Program-made: the position numbers and the translations under genes
Part shown: one piece after another, positions 55,804 to 64,000 of the stretch
How positions within the stretch are numbered: the first letter of the stretch is position 1
How the letters are laid out: each line of letters starts with the position of its first letter
Notes under the pieces: model-generated
Database searches by the model: none
The model's input: the letters and a program-made list of their open reading frames with translations, nothing else
Told to the model about the DNA's origin: nothing
DNA from: Geopsychrobacteraceae bacterium
GTDB taxonomy: Bacteria; Desulfobacterota; Desulfuromonadia; Desulfuromonadales; Geopsychrobacteraceae
DNA: 64,000 bases
NCBI GenBank assembly: GCA_963676795.2
Contig: CAXXTB010000002.1
Coordinates: 192,001 to 256,000, forward strand
Reading direction: 5' to 3'

Positions 55804-57074
55804 TGTGCTTCCTCCAGGTAATGCGTTCCTCGGATGTAGGCGCCGTCGCGGCAGCAATTGATGAATCTGACCTGAGGATGTCGTTCAATATAGGCTTCCA
55901 GATCTCTCAGGTAGCCGCGAAAACTGGCAGTTGTGGAGACCTTTTCACCATGACCGTTGAGAACCCAATGGCTTTTGGCCTGCGCTGTCTGTTCTCCCCA
56001 ACCGGCTCCCTGTGTGTAGCGCTGTTCGTTTGGAAAGGCGAGATCGGCTCCAAACAGGAGAACTTCGGTTGCCCCCATCCGCACAGCCAGATCGACGGCC
56101 GGATGCAGTACCGATCCTGAAGAAAAAAGGGTTCCGCGTGGATATTTATGGGCAATATCAGCGTAGCTGGGGTGCTTTGCATAGGCAGTCAAGCGCGGTC
56201 CTGGCCATAATCGCAGGACGGAGGGGCTGACGCGCGGAAAATAGATCATGGGAACCTTGCTGTAGGGGGCCAGGGAATAGCCCTCGAAGCTGGAAATGAT
56301 TTTTTCTTCAGGGTCGATGGTCATCGCTATATCCGCGGTCAGATCAGCTGCAGAAAGTGGTCTGAGAGCTGAGTTGACGGCAAGCAGGGTGACATCTGAA
56401 CGATGTTCTCGCAACCAGTCGATATGCTTGCCCAGAGATGGGCCGGCGGCAGCTACAACAATGCGCTGGCCAGGTTGACTGTCAAACAGGCTGGCGACGT
56501 CTCCGTCAACTTTTATCAGCTCTTCATTACGTTTGATCTGTTTTATGACTTCCGGATTGGCCGCACCATGTTTGCTGCTGATGTAGGCCGTTTCAAGCTC
56601 GGTCGCGACGAGATCTCGCAGGCGGGAAGAGGATTCATCGGCGAGCTGCAATTCGGCGGGAATTGCTGCCAGAGGACCGCCAAAATTAGTGTCTGCTCCG
56701 TCAAGCAGGGTCACGCGTGAATCGTTGAGCCAGAAGCTGTGATCAAAACGGCTCAGGCTGGCCAGGGCGATCCGTGGATTCAGAATGACAATCTTGATCT
56801 TTTTCAATGTCTTCCGGGTACATAATTCTTTTGCCAAATGGCCGGTGCCGATTCCGTAAGACCAGGCAATTTGACTCTCCACGGGGATCTGACTCGCTTG
56901 AAGCCTGGCTTCAGCGTCCGGATCATAAGAGCTGCCGAGGTGGATGTTGTCAATAATCAGGGTAGTAAATGGTGTTTCTTTTCGTGTCTGAAATGACGCG
57001 GGTTGGTATTGTCCTAACCATTCAGCCAAATCAGGCCAGCGTCTTTGTATGATGGACAAGTTGGAGCTCAACAT
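55800..57074 (-). CDS. Motility-associated factor (Maf, DUF115) flagellin glycosyltransferase
   Basis: SSYDPDAEA, AAGPSL, GSVLHPAVDLA, FGADLAF; lies beside pse genes. Confidence 0.85.
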   Translation of the reverse strand: MLSSNLSIIQRRWPDLAEWLGQYQPASFQTRKETPFTTLIIDNIHLGSSYDPDAEARLQASQIPVESQIAWSYGIGTGHLAKELCTRKTLKKIKIVILNPRIALASLSRFDHSFWLNDSRVTLLDGADTNFGGPLAAIPAELQLADESSSRLRDLVATELETAYISSKHGAANPEVIKQIKRNEELIKVDGDVASLFDSQPGQRIVVAAAGPSLGKHIDWLREHRSDVTLLAVNSALRPLSAADLTADIAMTIDPEEKIISSFEGYSLAPYSKVPMIYFPRVSPSVLRLWPGPRLTAYAKHPSYADIAHKYPRGTLFSSGSVLHPAVDLAVRMGATEVLLFGADLAFPNEQRYTQGAGWGEQTAQAKSHWVLNGHGEKVSTTASFRGYLRDLEAYIERHPQVRFINCCRDGAYIRGTHYLEEAQ

Positions 57075-57095
57075 AAGTTCCCTTTTAAAATAATG

Positions 57096-57123
57096 GAGTC
57101 GGCAGTTATAGCGATAAGCTTGG
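57096..57123 (-). promoter_or_regulatory. Possible sigma28 promoter upstream of maf
   Basis: Minus strand CCAA-N16-GCCGACTC; same spacing as the other two sigma28 motifs but a weaker match. Confidence 0.35.
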
Positions 57124-57204
57124 TAACGATGTTGGCCAGGTGTTGGAAACCCATGTGGCGCTCGTCAGGGATTAGCTGATCGATTGTTGCTGTCGTGGAG
57201 TCAT

Positions 57205-57918
57205 TCATCCCGCCTCCTCCAGATATATATATATGGCGGCATAGGATGTCAGCTGTTCAAAATTGTCCACGGGAATGTTAATGGAAAAAACTGATTCCAG
57301 GGCCATGATCAACTGGATATGCGCCAGGGAATCCCAGCCCTCGGTTTTCTCCATTGTGGCTTTTGAAAAAGACGAGGGATCGAGTGTCGGAAAAATCTGA
57401 GCGAATACCTGCTGTAATTTTTTTTCAATATCATTTTGAGGAGACAGCAGCTGATCTTGGATTTCTGCAGGGGGATGCGGCCAGCTCTTACCTTCGGGAA
57501 AGGCTTGAACCAGTTCGAAAATACCGTGCGTATTGTGGAAAAGGAAAGCCACCTTTCTGCCATCGAATGCTACATCTGCTGTGGGCGGAGCAACCAGTCT
57601 CGCACCGTGCCTTTCAGCCAAGTCAATAGATTCAATAATGTCGGCAACTGCATAGCAGAAGTGATAAGGTCCACCACCATTCTCCAGGTGTTTGTCAATG
57701 GGGGATTTATCATCGGCTGCTAGGATTTCGACAGTGTATCCTCCGGGTAATTGAACAAAGGCGTAAGAGACTCGTTGTTTTGTATTGACCCCAGGCCCCT
57801 TGAGTAGCTTTGCTCCAGCCAGAGAAAGGTAATCTTGCAAGGTCGCTTCCAGATCGGATGTAGTTACTGCCAGATGATCAACATAGAGTACTTTACACGT
57901 TGAAAATAAACCGTCCAT
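57205..57918 (-). CDS. VOC (methylmalonyl-CoA epimerase-like) domain fused to an acyl carrier protein
   Basis: VDHLAV, VEIL, GGPYHFCYAV, FELV; C-terminal GWDSLAHIQL phosphopantetheine-site motif. Confidence 0.82.
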   Translation of the reverse strand: MDGLFSTCKVLYVDHLAVTTSDLEATLQDYLSLAGAKLLKGPGVNTKQRVSYAFVQLPGGYTVEILAADDKSPIDKHLENGGGPYHFCYAVADIIESIDLAERHGARLVAPPTADVAFDGRKVAFLFHNTHGIFELVQAFPEGKSWPHPPAEIQDQLLSPQNDIEKKLQQVFAQIFPTLDPSSFSKATMEKTEGWDSLAHIQLIMALESVFSINIPVDNFEQLTSYAAIYIYLEEAG

Positions 57919-60164
57919 CAGGATGCCTCATCGCTGTATTGAAACCAGTCCGGCTTAGAGACTGGTGAAGTGTTCAAGTTAAGTCGGAATCGGGATGATT
58001 CTTCTTGAAAAAAACCATGCGCACCGTAGACATCGGCGGCCGGCAGGTTTCTTTCTGTTGAAAAAAACAGTCCTTCTAACTGGCTAACTCCCTTTTGCAA
58101 CAGGTGTTCACAGACCCAGGCAAGGATGCCGGTCTCTACGCTACGTCCCAACACTCGGCACGAAAGGAGAAATGTCTCAATAACTACCGTATTGGCTGTA
58201 TGTTCCGGAACCAGGATAATCAGTCCGATGATTTCCTCATCGCTATATTTATCCGTCAGCCCGATGGGAATGATTTCCGCTCTTTGATCAAGAAGACGTT
58301 CCAGATCTTGCTCGTTGTGTCTTCTTGTTGTCATGTTGAATTGATTGGTTTTCGCGAGCAATTGTAAAACCCGCTGCCTGTTGTTTTTAGCGTAACGATG
58401 AAAAGACAGTTTCATGTCAAGATTACGCCAGTAGTCCTGCTTGTTTGTGAAAGATGACGCTTCCGCTTTAACCTGAGAGCGTATTTCATAACTTCTGACT
58501 CGTTTCAGATCTTCCGCTGTAGGGCGGAGCATGGCCAGATAGGGACTGGAGAGAATAAAAGCAGGCCAGAGGGTCATATCATCCGGCAATTCCGGAACTA
58601 TAACCTCGGGTAGCAGTTGGCGAATGGCTTCACGCTCATATGGACTATCGTCCAGGAAGCACAGTGAGGATAGACTTACACCGATTTCATCTGCAATTTC
58701 TCGAAGGTTTTCCGCCTTGTCTCGCCAATTGATGCGCAGACTAACAAAATCAGTCAGTTTTAGTTTCATTGCCGGGTGTTTGGCAAAAACATCACGGACC
58801 ACCGTTTCGGTATTTTTACTGCAGATAGCGAGAGCTAATCCCCTGTCACGAAATTGCCTGAGGAGTAGTTGGAACTCAGCAAAAATATTGCCGGGGAAGT
58901 CACCACCGATCTTGATGCCTTCGAGACCATCGTCACCGACCACGCCTCCCCAGAGGGTGTTGTCCAGATCGGTAACCAGTACCCGGGCGGTTCGGCCGGT
59001 CAGGGCAAGGTGAAATTTTATAAGCTCCTGGCAGAGTTCATTGGTTAGGGGAACGCTGAAAGGAATGCGGCCGAGAAACCAGTATTTGCCCGGATCGGCA
59101 GCTTCTGTCCCAAGCCTATGGACAAGTGTCGAAAGTCTGATTAAAGAACAGTCTGGAATCTTTTGGCAAAATTTCTCAAGCCTGACATTCAACTGTTCAA
59201 TAAGTGCAAGAATGGATTTTCCGTCATAGCTGGTATCCTCCAGAGCAGAGAGAATGGGGCGAACAGGCGCAAAATCCAGAATAAAAAATATGCCGGGCAG
59301 GCGGGACCTGGCCTGCTCAATGAATTGGCAGTATTCCTCAAAATGCTGTTCCAGTTCGCAGGCAGAGTCCTTACTGACAGGGGGGACGCAAAGGTCTTCA
59401 ACGCGTTCGCAAAAGACCGTGTAGTCCGGTTCCCTGGCAATCAGGCTGTCCTGCTCATCGAAAATCTGTTGCCGGTGCTGACCAAAAGGAATCGGCAGGA
59501 TCTGGATGGTTTCGCTGCTTAGCTTTTCATAGCTTTGCACTAAGGCTTTGCCGGCGAGATCCCAGTTCGCACTTCCCAGAAAGGCAAACTTTATGACCGG
59601 GCGGTAAGTTTTTTCATTGGTGGGGGGGGTTCTCTCCATTCTTGATGTGCTTTTATTCAGCTGCATAACGACGACTTCTCGGGAATTTTTGTCCATAATC
59701 CGATCGATCTCCTGAAAGCCGAACTTGCTGTGCAGTTGATGAACAGCATGGTTCGATGCGAAGGTTTCGCACTGCAGACTTTGCATGCCGAGATGGTTGA
59801 AGACATAATTGACCACCGCCTGTTCCAGCGTTAGCCAAAGTTTCAGCCGTTCGGCATTGTCGCAGATTTGTTCATTGTCGAGATAAAAGCCCCAGTGGCA
59901 ACTTTTATTGGCAAGATCAATGTCGAACAGGTTGACAACCCCCCTCGGGTGCTGATGATCCATAAACAGTAGCACTTGGCGGGTTGGGTCGTTCTGAACT
60001 TTTTTCCACCAGGCATAATGTTCTTCCTCGGAAATCTCATGGTTTGAGAACATGACTTCTCGTACCTGCGTATGGTTCCGCCAGCGAAGAATCATTGGCA
60101 TTTCCGTATCGATTGGGGGTCTTAACGTTGAAGCTTTTGCGGGAATCCCTGTTTGAATGGTCAT
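57918..60164 (-). CDS. PseH-like GNAT N-acyltransferase fused to FkbH (HAD-IIIC) glyceryl-ACP loading enzyme
   Basis: ILRWRNH...EEEHYAWW...HWGFY...LHSKFGF (PseH-like); DLDNTLWGGVVGDDG, CSKN, LDDSPYER, KTNQFN, LLSCRVLGR (FkbH). Confidence 0.87.
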   Translation of the reverse strand: MTIQTGIPAKASTLRPPIDTEMPMILRWRNHTQVREVMFSNHEISEEEHYAWWKKVQNDPTRQVLLFMDHQHPRGVVNLFDIDLANKSCHWGFYLDNEQICDNAERLKLWLTLEQAVVNYVFNHLGMQSLQCETFASNHAVHQLHSKFGFQEIDRIMDKNSREVVVMQLNKSTSRMERTPPTNEKTYRPVIKFAFLGSANWDLAGKALVQSYEKLSSETIQILPIPFGQHRQQIFDEQDSLIAREPDYTVFCERVEDLCVPPVSKDSACELEQHFEEYCQFIEQARSRLPGIFFILDFAPVRPILSALEDTSYDGKSILALIEQLNVRLEKFCQKIPDCSLIRLSTLVHRLGTEAADPGKYWFLGRIPFSVPLTNELCQELIKFHLALTGRTARVLVTDLDNTLWGGVVGDDGLEGIKIGGDFPGNIFAEFQLLLRQFRDRGLALAICSKNTETVVRDVFAKHPAMKLKLTDFVSLRINWRDKAENLREIADEIGVSLSSLCFLDDSPYEREAIRQLLPEVIVPELPDDMTLWPAFILSSPYLAMLRPTAEDLKRVRSYEIRSQVKAEASSFTNKQDYWRNLDMKLSFHRYAKNNRQRVLQLLAKTNQFNMTTRRHNEQDLERLLDQRAEIIPIGLTDKYSDEEIIGLIILVPEHTANTVVIETFLLSCRVLGRSVETGILAWVCEHLLQKGVSQLEGLFFSTERNLPAADVYGAHGFFQEESSRFRLNLNTSPVSKPDWFQYSDEAS
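59622..59629 (-). repeat. C8 homopolymer (G8 on + strand) in the PseH-FkbH linker
   Basis: + strand tggggggggt; coding strand ACC CCC CCC ACC (Thr-Pro-Pro-Thr). Confidence 0.9.
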
Positions 60165-60169
60165 TGCTA

Positions 60170-61894
60170 TCACCGCAAACCGGGCAGGCATGAGATCTGC
60201 TCAACCAGCCAGGCACTGTTGTCGTGTACTTCAGGCAGTATTATGTCTGTTTCTTTCAATAGGGGCAAAATGGTGGTGGATAAACCTGACGAATTTTGGA
60301 GCATGGCCGGTGATAGGTTCAACATGTTGAAAAAATCCAGTGCATCGCACCTGTTGACTTTCGAGTGGGGCCAGATAACAGGCATGGCCTTCAGGGCTAT
60401 CGCTTCGTAACTGCTGATGCCGAAGCCACTCAGGTAGAGTTTTGTCCTTGCCATGTAAACTGGTAATTTTTCGCAGTGAGAATGCAGGACAATCCCTTGG
60501 AGTCCATGTTTGTCAATAAATGATTCCACGTCTCGACGTGCCTGTGGGTTATGCAGATAGGCTACCAGGTCCAGGTCCTTGACAACTGGATGTTGCTTGG
60601 TGACTTCACGACGCAGAATCAAGCTATTCATACCATGGAGCAGGTGTAATTTCCCTTCTTGTGCCAATGTCAGCATTCTTTCGGGAATGTGATAAGTCCC
60701 TGGCATGATGAGTAGGTCGGCCATTTCAGTCCAGGGAAGGGTATTGCCTATAGCAATGACGCTGAGCTCTTCGGGAAGCTGATTCCGCCATTTAACATCG
60801 GCACCGCGCTGGTCGTAGATATCCAGAACCAGCAGGTTAGAGTCTGAGAGTAGCTTTTGGAATGTTTGCTGATCGTTTTGTTTTTCTCCACGCGTGGGGC
60901 GATGAAACGCAGCCCAAACGGTTTTTTCGCCTTCTCGATTCAGGATCTGTATAGCCTCGTTATCATCGACGGCGAAAACCGTTGACCAACCTTTTCTTTC
61001 GGTCATCTGCCGGGCAAGTTCAAGACATCGCCTCACGTGGCCATAGCCGTATTGGACTCCGGCATCAACGACAAAAAGAACCTTAAGATTATCATCAATC
61101 AATCTCCTTTGATGGACGTGTTCGTTGATTTTGAAGAGTTGTGGTTCTTTTTTTAGGAGTTGCAGAACCTCCGGGAGTTGAAAGTTCTGATTATTTTCAA
61201 CTAATCGGTCGTACAACGTATTCATGAATTCCAGATCGGCCCAGGTGTCCACCGAAAAGCGATGTTTGCGGGTATGAAGATTCTCCGGCAAGGAGACATT
61301 GTGACGGATGAAAAGTTCCGGTCTTTGCCAGAAAAGAGGGAACTGGTGTTCTTTCAGCTCGGGCCGGTCAGCCAAGTCATCTGCTGTTTGCCATGCATGA
61401 AGTCTGGATATGAGAACGCCTTCCAAGGCTGGATGCTTTTCAATATGATTATCGGTTGATATTACAAGTATGTCTGCCTTGGGCTCTTTGCGGAATTCTT
61501 TAATAAGGAGATCAATGGTTGGTCCATGTACCAGAGGACAATCTCCGCTGATCAGCAGACAGATATCTGCCTGATACAACTCTGCCGCCAAGCGCAGACG
61601 AGTGGTCACATGATCAATATGGCCTTCATACCAGAATAGCGGGAGATCGTGTTGCTGGCAGAATGCCTTTAGTGGCTCATTGGCGGCTTCTGCGGCTGTT
61701 GCGATGACGATCTCGTCGAGCTGTTCGCTCTTTTTCAGATTGTCTATCAACCATTCAAGAACTGTCCGATCGCCGATCTTTCGAAAGTGCTTTTCAGGTA
61801 ATCTGGACGAGGAGAGGCGTACGGGAATAAAGGCAACCGCACGCTCACATGTGTTCTGAGATGGATTCTGTGTTTGATTCTGGTCACTTGTCAT
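60170..61894 (-). CDS. SpsF/PseF-like cytidylyltransferase fused to a PseG-like UDP-sugar hydrolase domain
   Basis: PVRLSSSRLPEK, GDCPL, EH, RFSVDTWADL; then VDAG...GYGHVRRC PseG-type motif. Confidence 0.8.
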   Translation of the reverse strand: MTSDQNQTQNPSQNTCERAVAFIPVRLSSSRLPEKHFRKIGDRTVLEWLIDNLKKSEQLDEIVIATAAEAANEPLKAFCQQHDLPLFWYEGHIDHVTTRLRLAAELYQADICLLISGDCPLVHGPTIDLLIKEFRKEPKADILVISTDNHIEKHPALEGVLISRLHAWQTADDLADRPELKEHQFPLFWQRPELFIRHNVSLPENLHTRKHRFSVDTWADLEFMNTLYDRLVENNQNFQLPEVLQLLKKEPQLFKINEHVHQRRLIDDNLKVLFVVDAGVQYGYGHVRRCLELARQMTERKGWSTVFAVDDNEAIQILNREGEKTVWAAFHRPTRGEKQNDQQTFQKLLSDSNLLVLDIYDQRGADVKWRNQLPEELSVIAIGNTLPWTEMADLLIMPGTYHIPERMLTLAQEGKLHLLHGMNSLILRREVTKQHPVVKDLDLVAYLHNPQARRDVESFIDKHGLQGIVLHSHCEKLPVYMARTKLYLSGFGISSYEAIALKAMPVIWPHSKVNRCDALDFFNMLNLSPAMLQNSSGLSTTILPLLKETDIILPEVHDNSAWLVEQISCLPGLR

Positions 61895-61977
61895 TCGTAA
61901 ACCGGCGGCTGGCCTGTGATTTTGAAATTTATATATGTTATGCCAGAAAAATTTGTAGATAACATAAGACCTTTTAT

Positions 61978-63999
61978 TTATTTCTGTATGTGCTTTAGGG
62001 CTACGGGGTTCCCAGGATCTTGTTCTAAAACGAGCTGGTACACTTGATTTGCAACATCTTTTGCCCCCATTTTTTCATAATTTTGCCCCAGCTTTATCAG
62101 AGTGATTAAATCGCTTGGGTTATTTTGCAGATACTCTGTATATACATCTGCGGCTTCTTGACGTCTGTTAACAAGGCAGAGAAGGTCTGCATATTTGGGC
62201 TGATAGGTAGCAGAAGCGTTACTTAGACATTCAAGAGCCAATGTTGCCATCTCTAAGTTTTTTTCTGATAGGCAGATGACGGAAACTCTTCGAAGGGCCT
62301 CTTCGACAGTCTGGTTGAAGGTGTCCCCTATCAGTTGTTGATAGGCAGTCAGGGCGCAGTCGTTTTTTTGTTCCAGCTCAAATATATACCCTTGGATTAA
62401 CGCGGAGAGTTCCTGAGCCGTTGAGTCGTTCGGATATGCGGTGAGCCCGGTTAAGATTTTTTGTAGTTGCAGGGTATCTTTTGCCAGAAATAGTTTCAGT
62501 GCTTTTCCAAAAACACCATCCAGGTGATATCTTACCAGTCGCTCAGATTGGCGGGGAGATGCAAGAAGCCGTTCATTAATCCATGTGTCAATCTGTTGTT
62601 TCCGTTTTGAAAACACATCCTGAAAGTTCTCTGGGGCAATATCTAAAATTTCAGGACGTCTCGCTAGCCAGACACGTATTCTGCCCAGTTGTTTGTCATA
62701 GTGCCACTGTTGAGAAATGAGGTCGAAGTCAGGGGAGGATTTGTCTTCCTCAATTCGGCAGATGGTTCTTTGGGTGGCGGCAAGAATCCGCCGCAAAATA
62801 TCTCCTAGATGCTTTTGCAGGGTTCTGAAATATTCTTCAGGTTGTTCGTCTTTGAATTGAATATCGGCAGGACTCTGGTCCTGGATTTTAAGGAAGTCCC
62901 GTGCTCCGTATTGTTTAAGCACAGCCACGAGGTCGGGAAAGGCTGCAGAGAGATCTCTTTCGAGAAGACATAAGTCGGCCTTAGCGGCAGTTTTGGAATG
63001 ACAACTTGCCAAAGCGTTTTCGATAGTGTCGGCGGTCTGCGTCAGGCCCTGCTGGAGTTTGCTCAGTTCATCGAGAAGTCGTTGCACATCTGCTTGCCGA
63101 CTGGTGGGACTATCTGCTGAATTGTCCAGGAAGTCCTGTGTCCCGTATCGATTGAACATGGCTGATAGCTCGGGAAAAGCGGTTGAAATATCATTTTCGA
63201 GGCGGCGTAACAGAGCCGGGAGTGCCTCTTTTTCCGTAGTGCGGGAATGGTATGTTTTTAGAGCGTTTTCGACCGTGCCAGCAATCTGTTCCAGGTCATG
63301 CTGACCTCTGTACAGTTCTTCGAGGAGTTGTTGTCCATCTGCCTTTCGATTGGCCGGACTATCTGCTGGAAGGGCGGCAAACAAAATGTCAGTCGGCGCG
63401 ATGGATAGCGGTTCAGGAGCGAGTTTTTCGATCGGTTTGAACGTCACATGCTCGATTTGTGCTGCATTTGGCGCTGGGGAGATAACAGCGCAGCCTTGTC
63501 GTTTGGCAATTTTTGCCTGTGCCGAAAGCTGATGGATGGCGCTGAAATATTCCGGGCCGGTTTCTGCTGTGTGGCCGGAGTTTGTTATAACAGTGATCTG
63601 GGCATCGAGTTTTGGCCCGGCAATATGCTCGACATTTCCCGCAGCGTGGGTATAACCAGCCGGACTGTAACACATATCGACACCAATCAGAACCGCCTGC
63701 TTGACTCCCATTGCGACCGCAATGCCAAGCGCTGTGTTGGTGACCGTGGGCCCCCAGATCGGTAAATTCTCTTTGTTTAGGGAACTGGTCCAGGGGATTC
63801 TCTGTCCCAGATAGAGGCTTCTTCCTTCCCATAATGCCAATAATCGCGGGGCGACATGAAAGGAATGGAAAAAGATCGCTTTGTCTGCAAGCAGCAGCAT
63901 TTCGCGGCTGATGGCGAAACTGTAATCAGATGAGTCGACACTGACAACGAAGTGCGGTGCCAGGTCCACTTCAATCAGTCGGCGACAGATCCGTGAGAC
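61978..63999 (-). CDS. Large Maf/DUF115 protein with C-terminal TPRs (5' end truncated by window)
   Basis: Frame open to window end; GPTVTNTAL, LIGVDMC; C-terminal TPR-like helices. Confidence 0.8.
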   Translation of the reverse strand, partial: VSRICRRLIEVDLAPHFVVSVDSSDYSFAISREMLLLADKAIFFHSFHVAPRLLALWEGRSLYLGQRIPWTSSLNKENLPIWGPTVTNTALGIAVAMGVKQAVLIGVDMCYSPAGYTHAAGNVEHIAGPKLDAQITVITNSGHTAETGPEYFSAIHQLSAQAKIAKRQGCAVISPAPNAAQIEHVTFKPIEKLAPEPLSIAPTDILFAALPADSPANRKADGQQLLEELYRGQHDLEQIAGTVENALKTYHSRTTEKEALPALLRRLENDISTAFPELSAMFNRYGTQDFLDNSADSPTSRQADVQRLLDELSKLQQGLTQTADTIENALASCHSKTAAKADLCLLERDLSAAFPDLVAVLKQYGARDFLKIQDQSPADIQFKDEQPEEYFRTLQKHLGDILRRILAATQRTICRIEEDKSSPDFDLISQQWHYDKQLGRIRVWLARRPEILDIAPENFQDVFSKRKQQIDTWINERLLASPRQSERLVRYHLDGVFGKALKLFLAKDTLQLQKILTGLTAYPNDSTAQELSALIQGYIFELEQKNDCALTAYQQLIGDTFNQTVEEALRRVSVICLSEKNLEMATLALECLSNASATYQPKYADLLCLVNRRQEAADVYTEYLQNNPSDLITLIKLGQNYEKMGAKDVANQVYQLVLEQDPGNPVALKHIQK
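62890..63366 (-). repeat. Diverged intragenic duplication of about 80 aa in the Maf-TPR gene
   Basis: ADSPANRKADGQQLLEEL...YGTQDFL versus ADSPTSRQADVQRLLDEL...YGARDFL; ggactatctgc at 63107 and 63356. Confidence 0.8.
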
Positions 64000-64000
64000 T

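Noticed and set aside
61930..61944. Minus-strand TGGCATAAC upstream of the PseF-PseG gene as a sigma54 promoter
   Set aside because: There is no GC at the -12 position.

Overview
This is bacterial chromosomal DNA. Gene content and order suggest a Desulfuromonadales/Geobacter-like deltaproteobacterium (inference). Bases 1-29.3 kb are one continuous + strand flagellar cluster: 'fliG-fliH-fliI-fliJ-motE-fliK-flgD-(TIGR02530-type gene)-flgE, then motA-motB-fliL-fliM-fliN-fliO-fliP-fliQ-fliR-flhB-flhA-flhF-flhG-fliA-(SwrB-like)-flgF-flgG-flgA-flgH-flgI-flgJ, then hypothetical-flgM-flgN-flgK-flgL-csrA-fliW. This cluster carries candidate sigma54 and sigma28 promoters, FleQ-type enhancer boxes, a family of intergenic heptamer repeats, a MITE/REP-like element and a two-hairpin RNA upstream of flgE. 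Bases 29.4-64 kb are a visibly more AT-rich putative flagellin glycosylation island made of two convergent gene runs. The + strand run holds pseB, pseC, a six-gene cassette (oxidoreductase, SIS isomerase, cytidylyltransferase, SDR, dehydroquinate-synthase-like enzyme, 2-hydroxyacid dehydrogenase), a methyltransferase, GT2, GT61 and a DUF115 gene. The - strand run holds Maf-TPR, a PseF-PseG fusion, a PseH-FkbH fusion with a C8 tract in its linker, a VOC-ACP fusion, Maf, a pyruvyl transferase, pseI, UDP-xylose synthase, GT2-TPR genes, two radical SAM enzymes, pgl, YhcH/NanQ and two FkbM methyltransferases. No flagellin, rRNA, tRNA, CRISPR array or transposase was seen. All family calls come from motif recognition by eye, not database searches.
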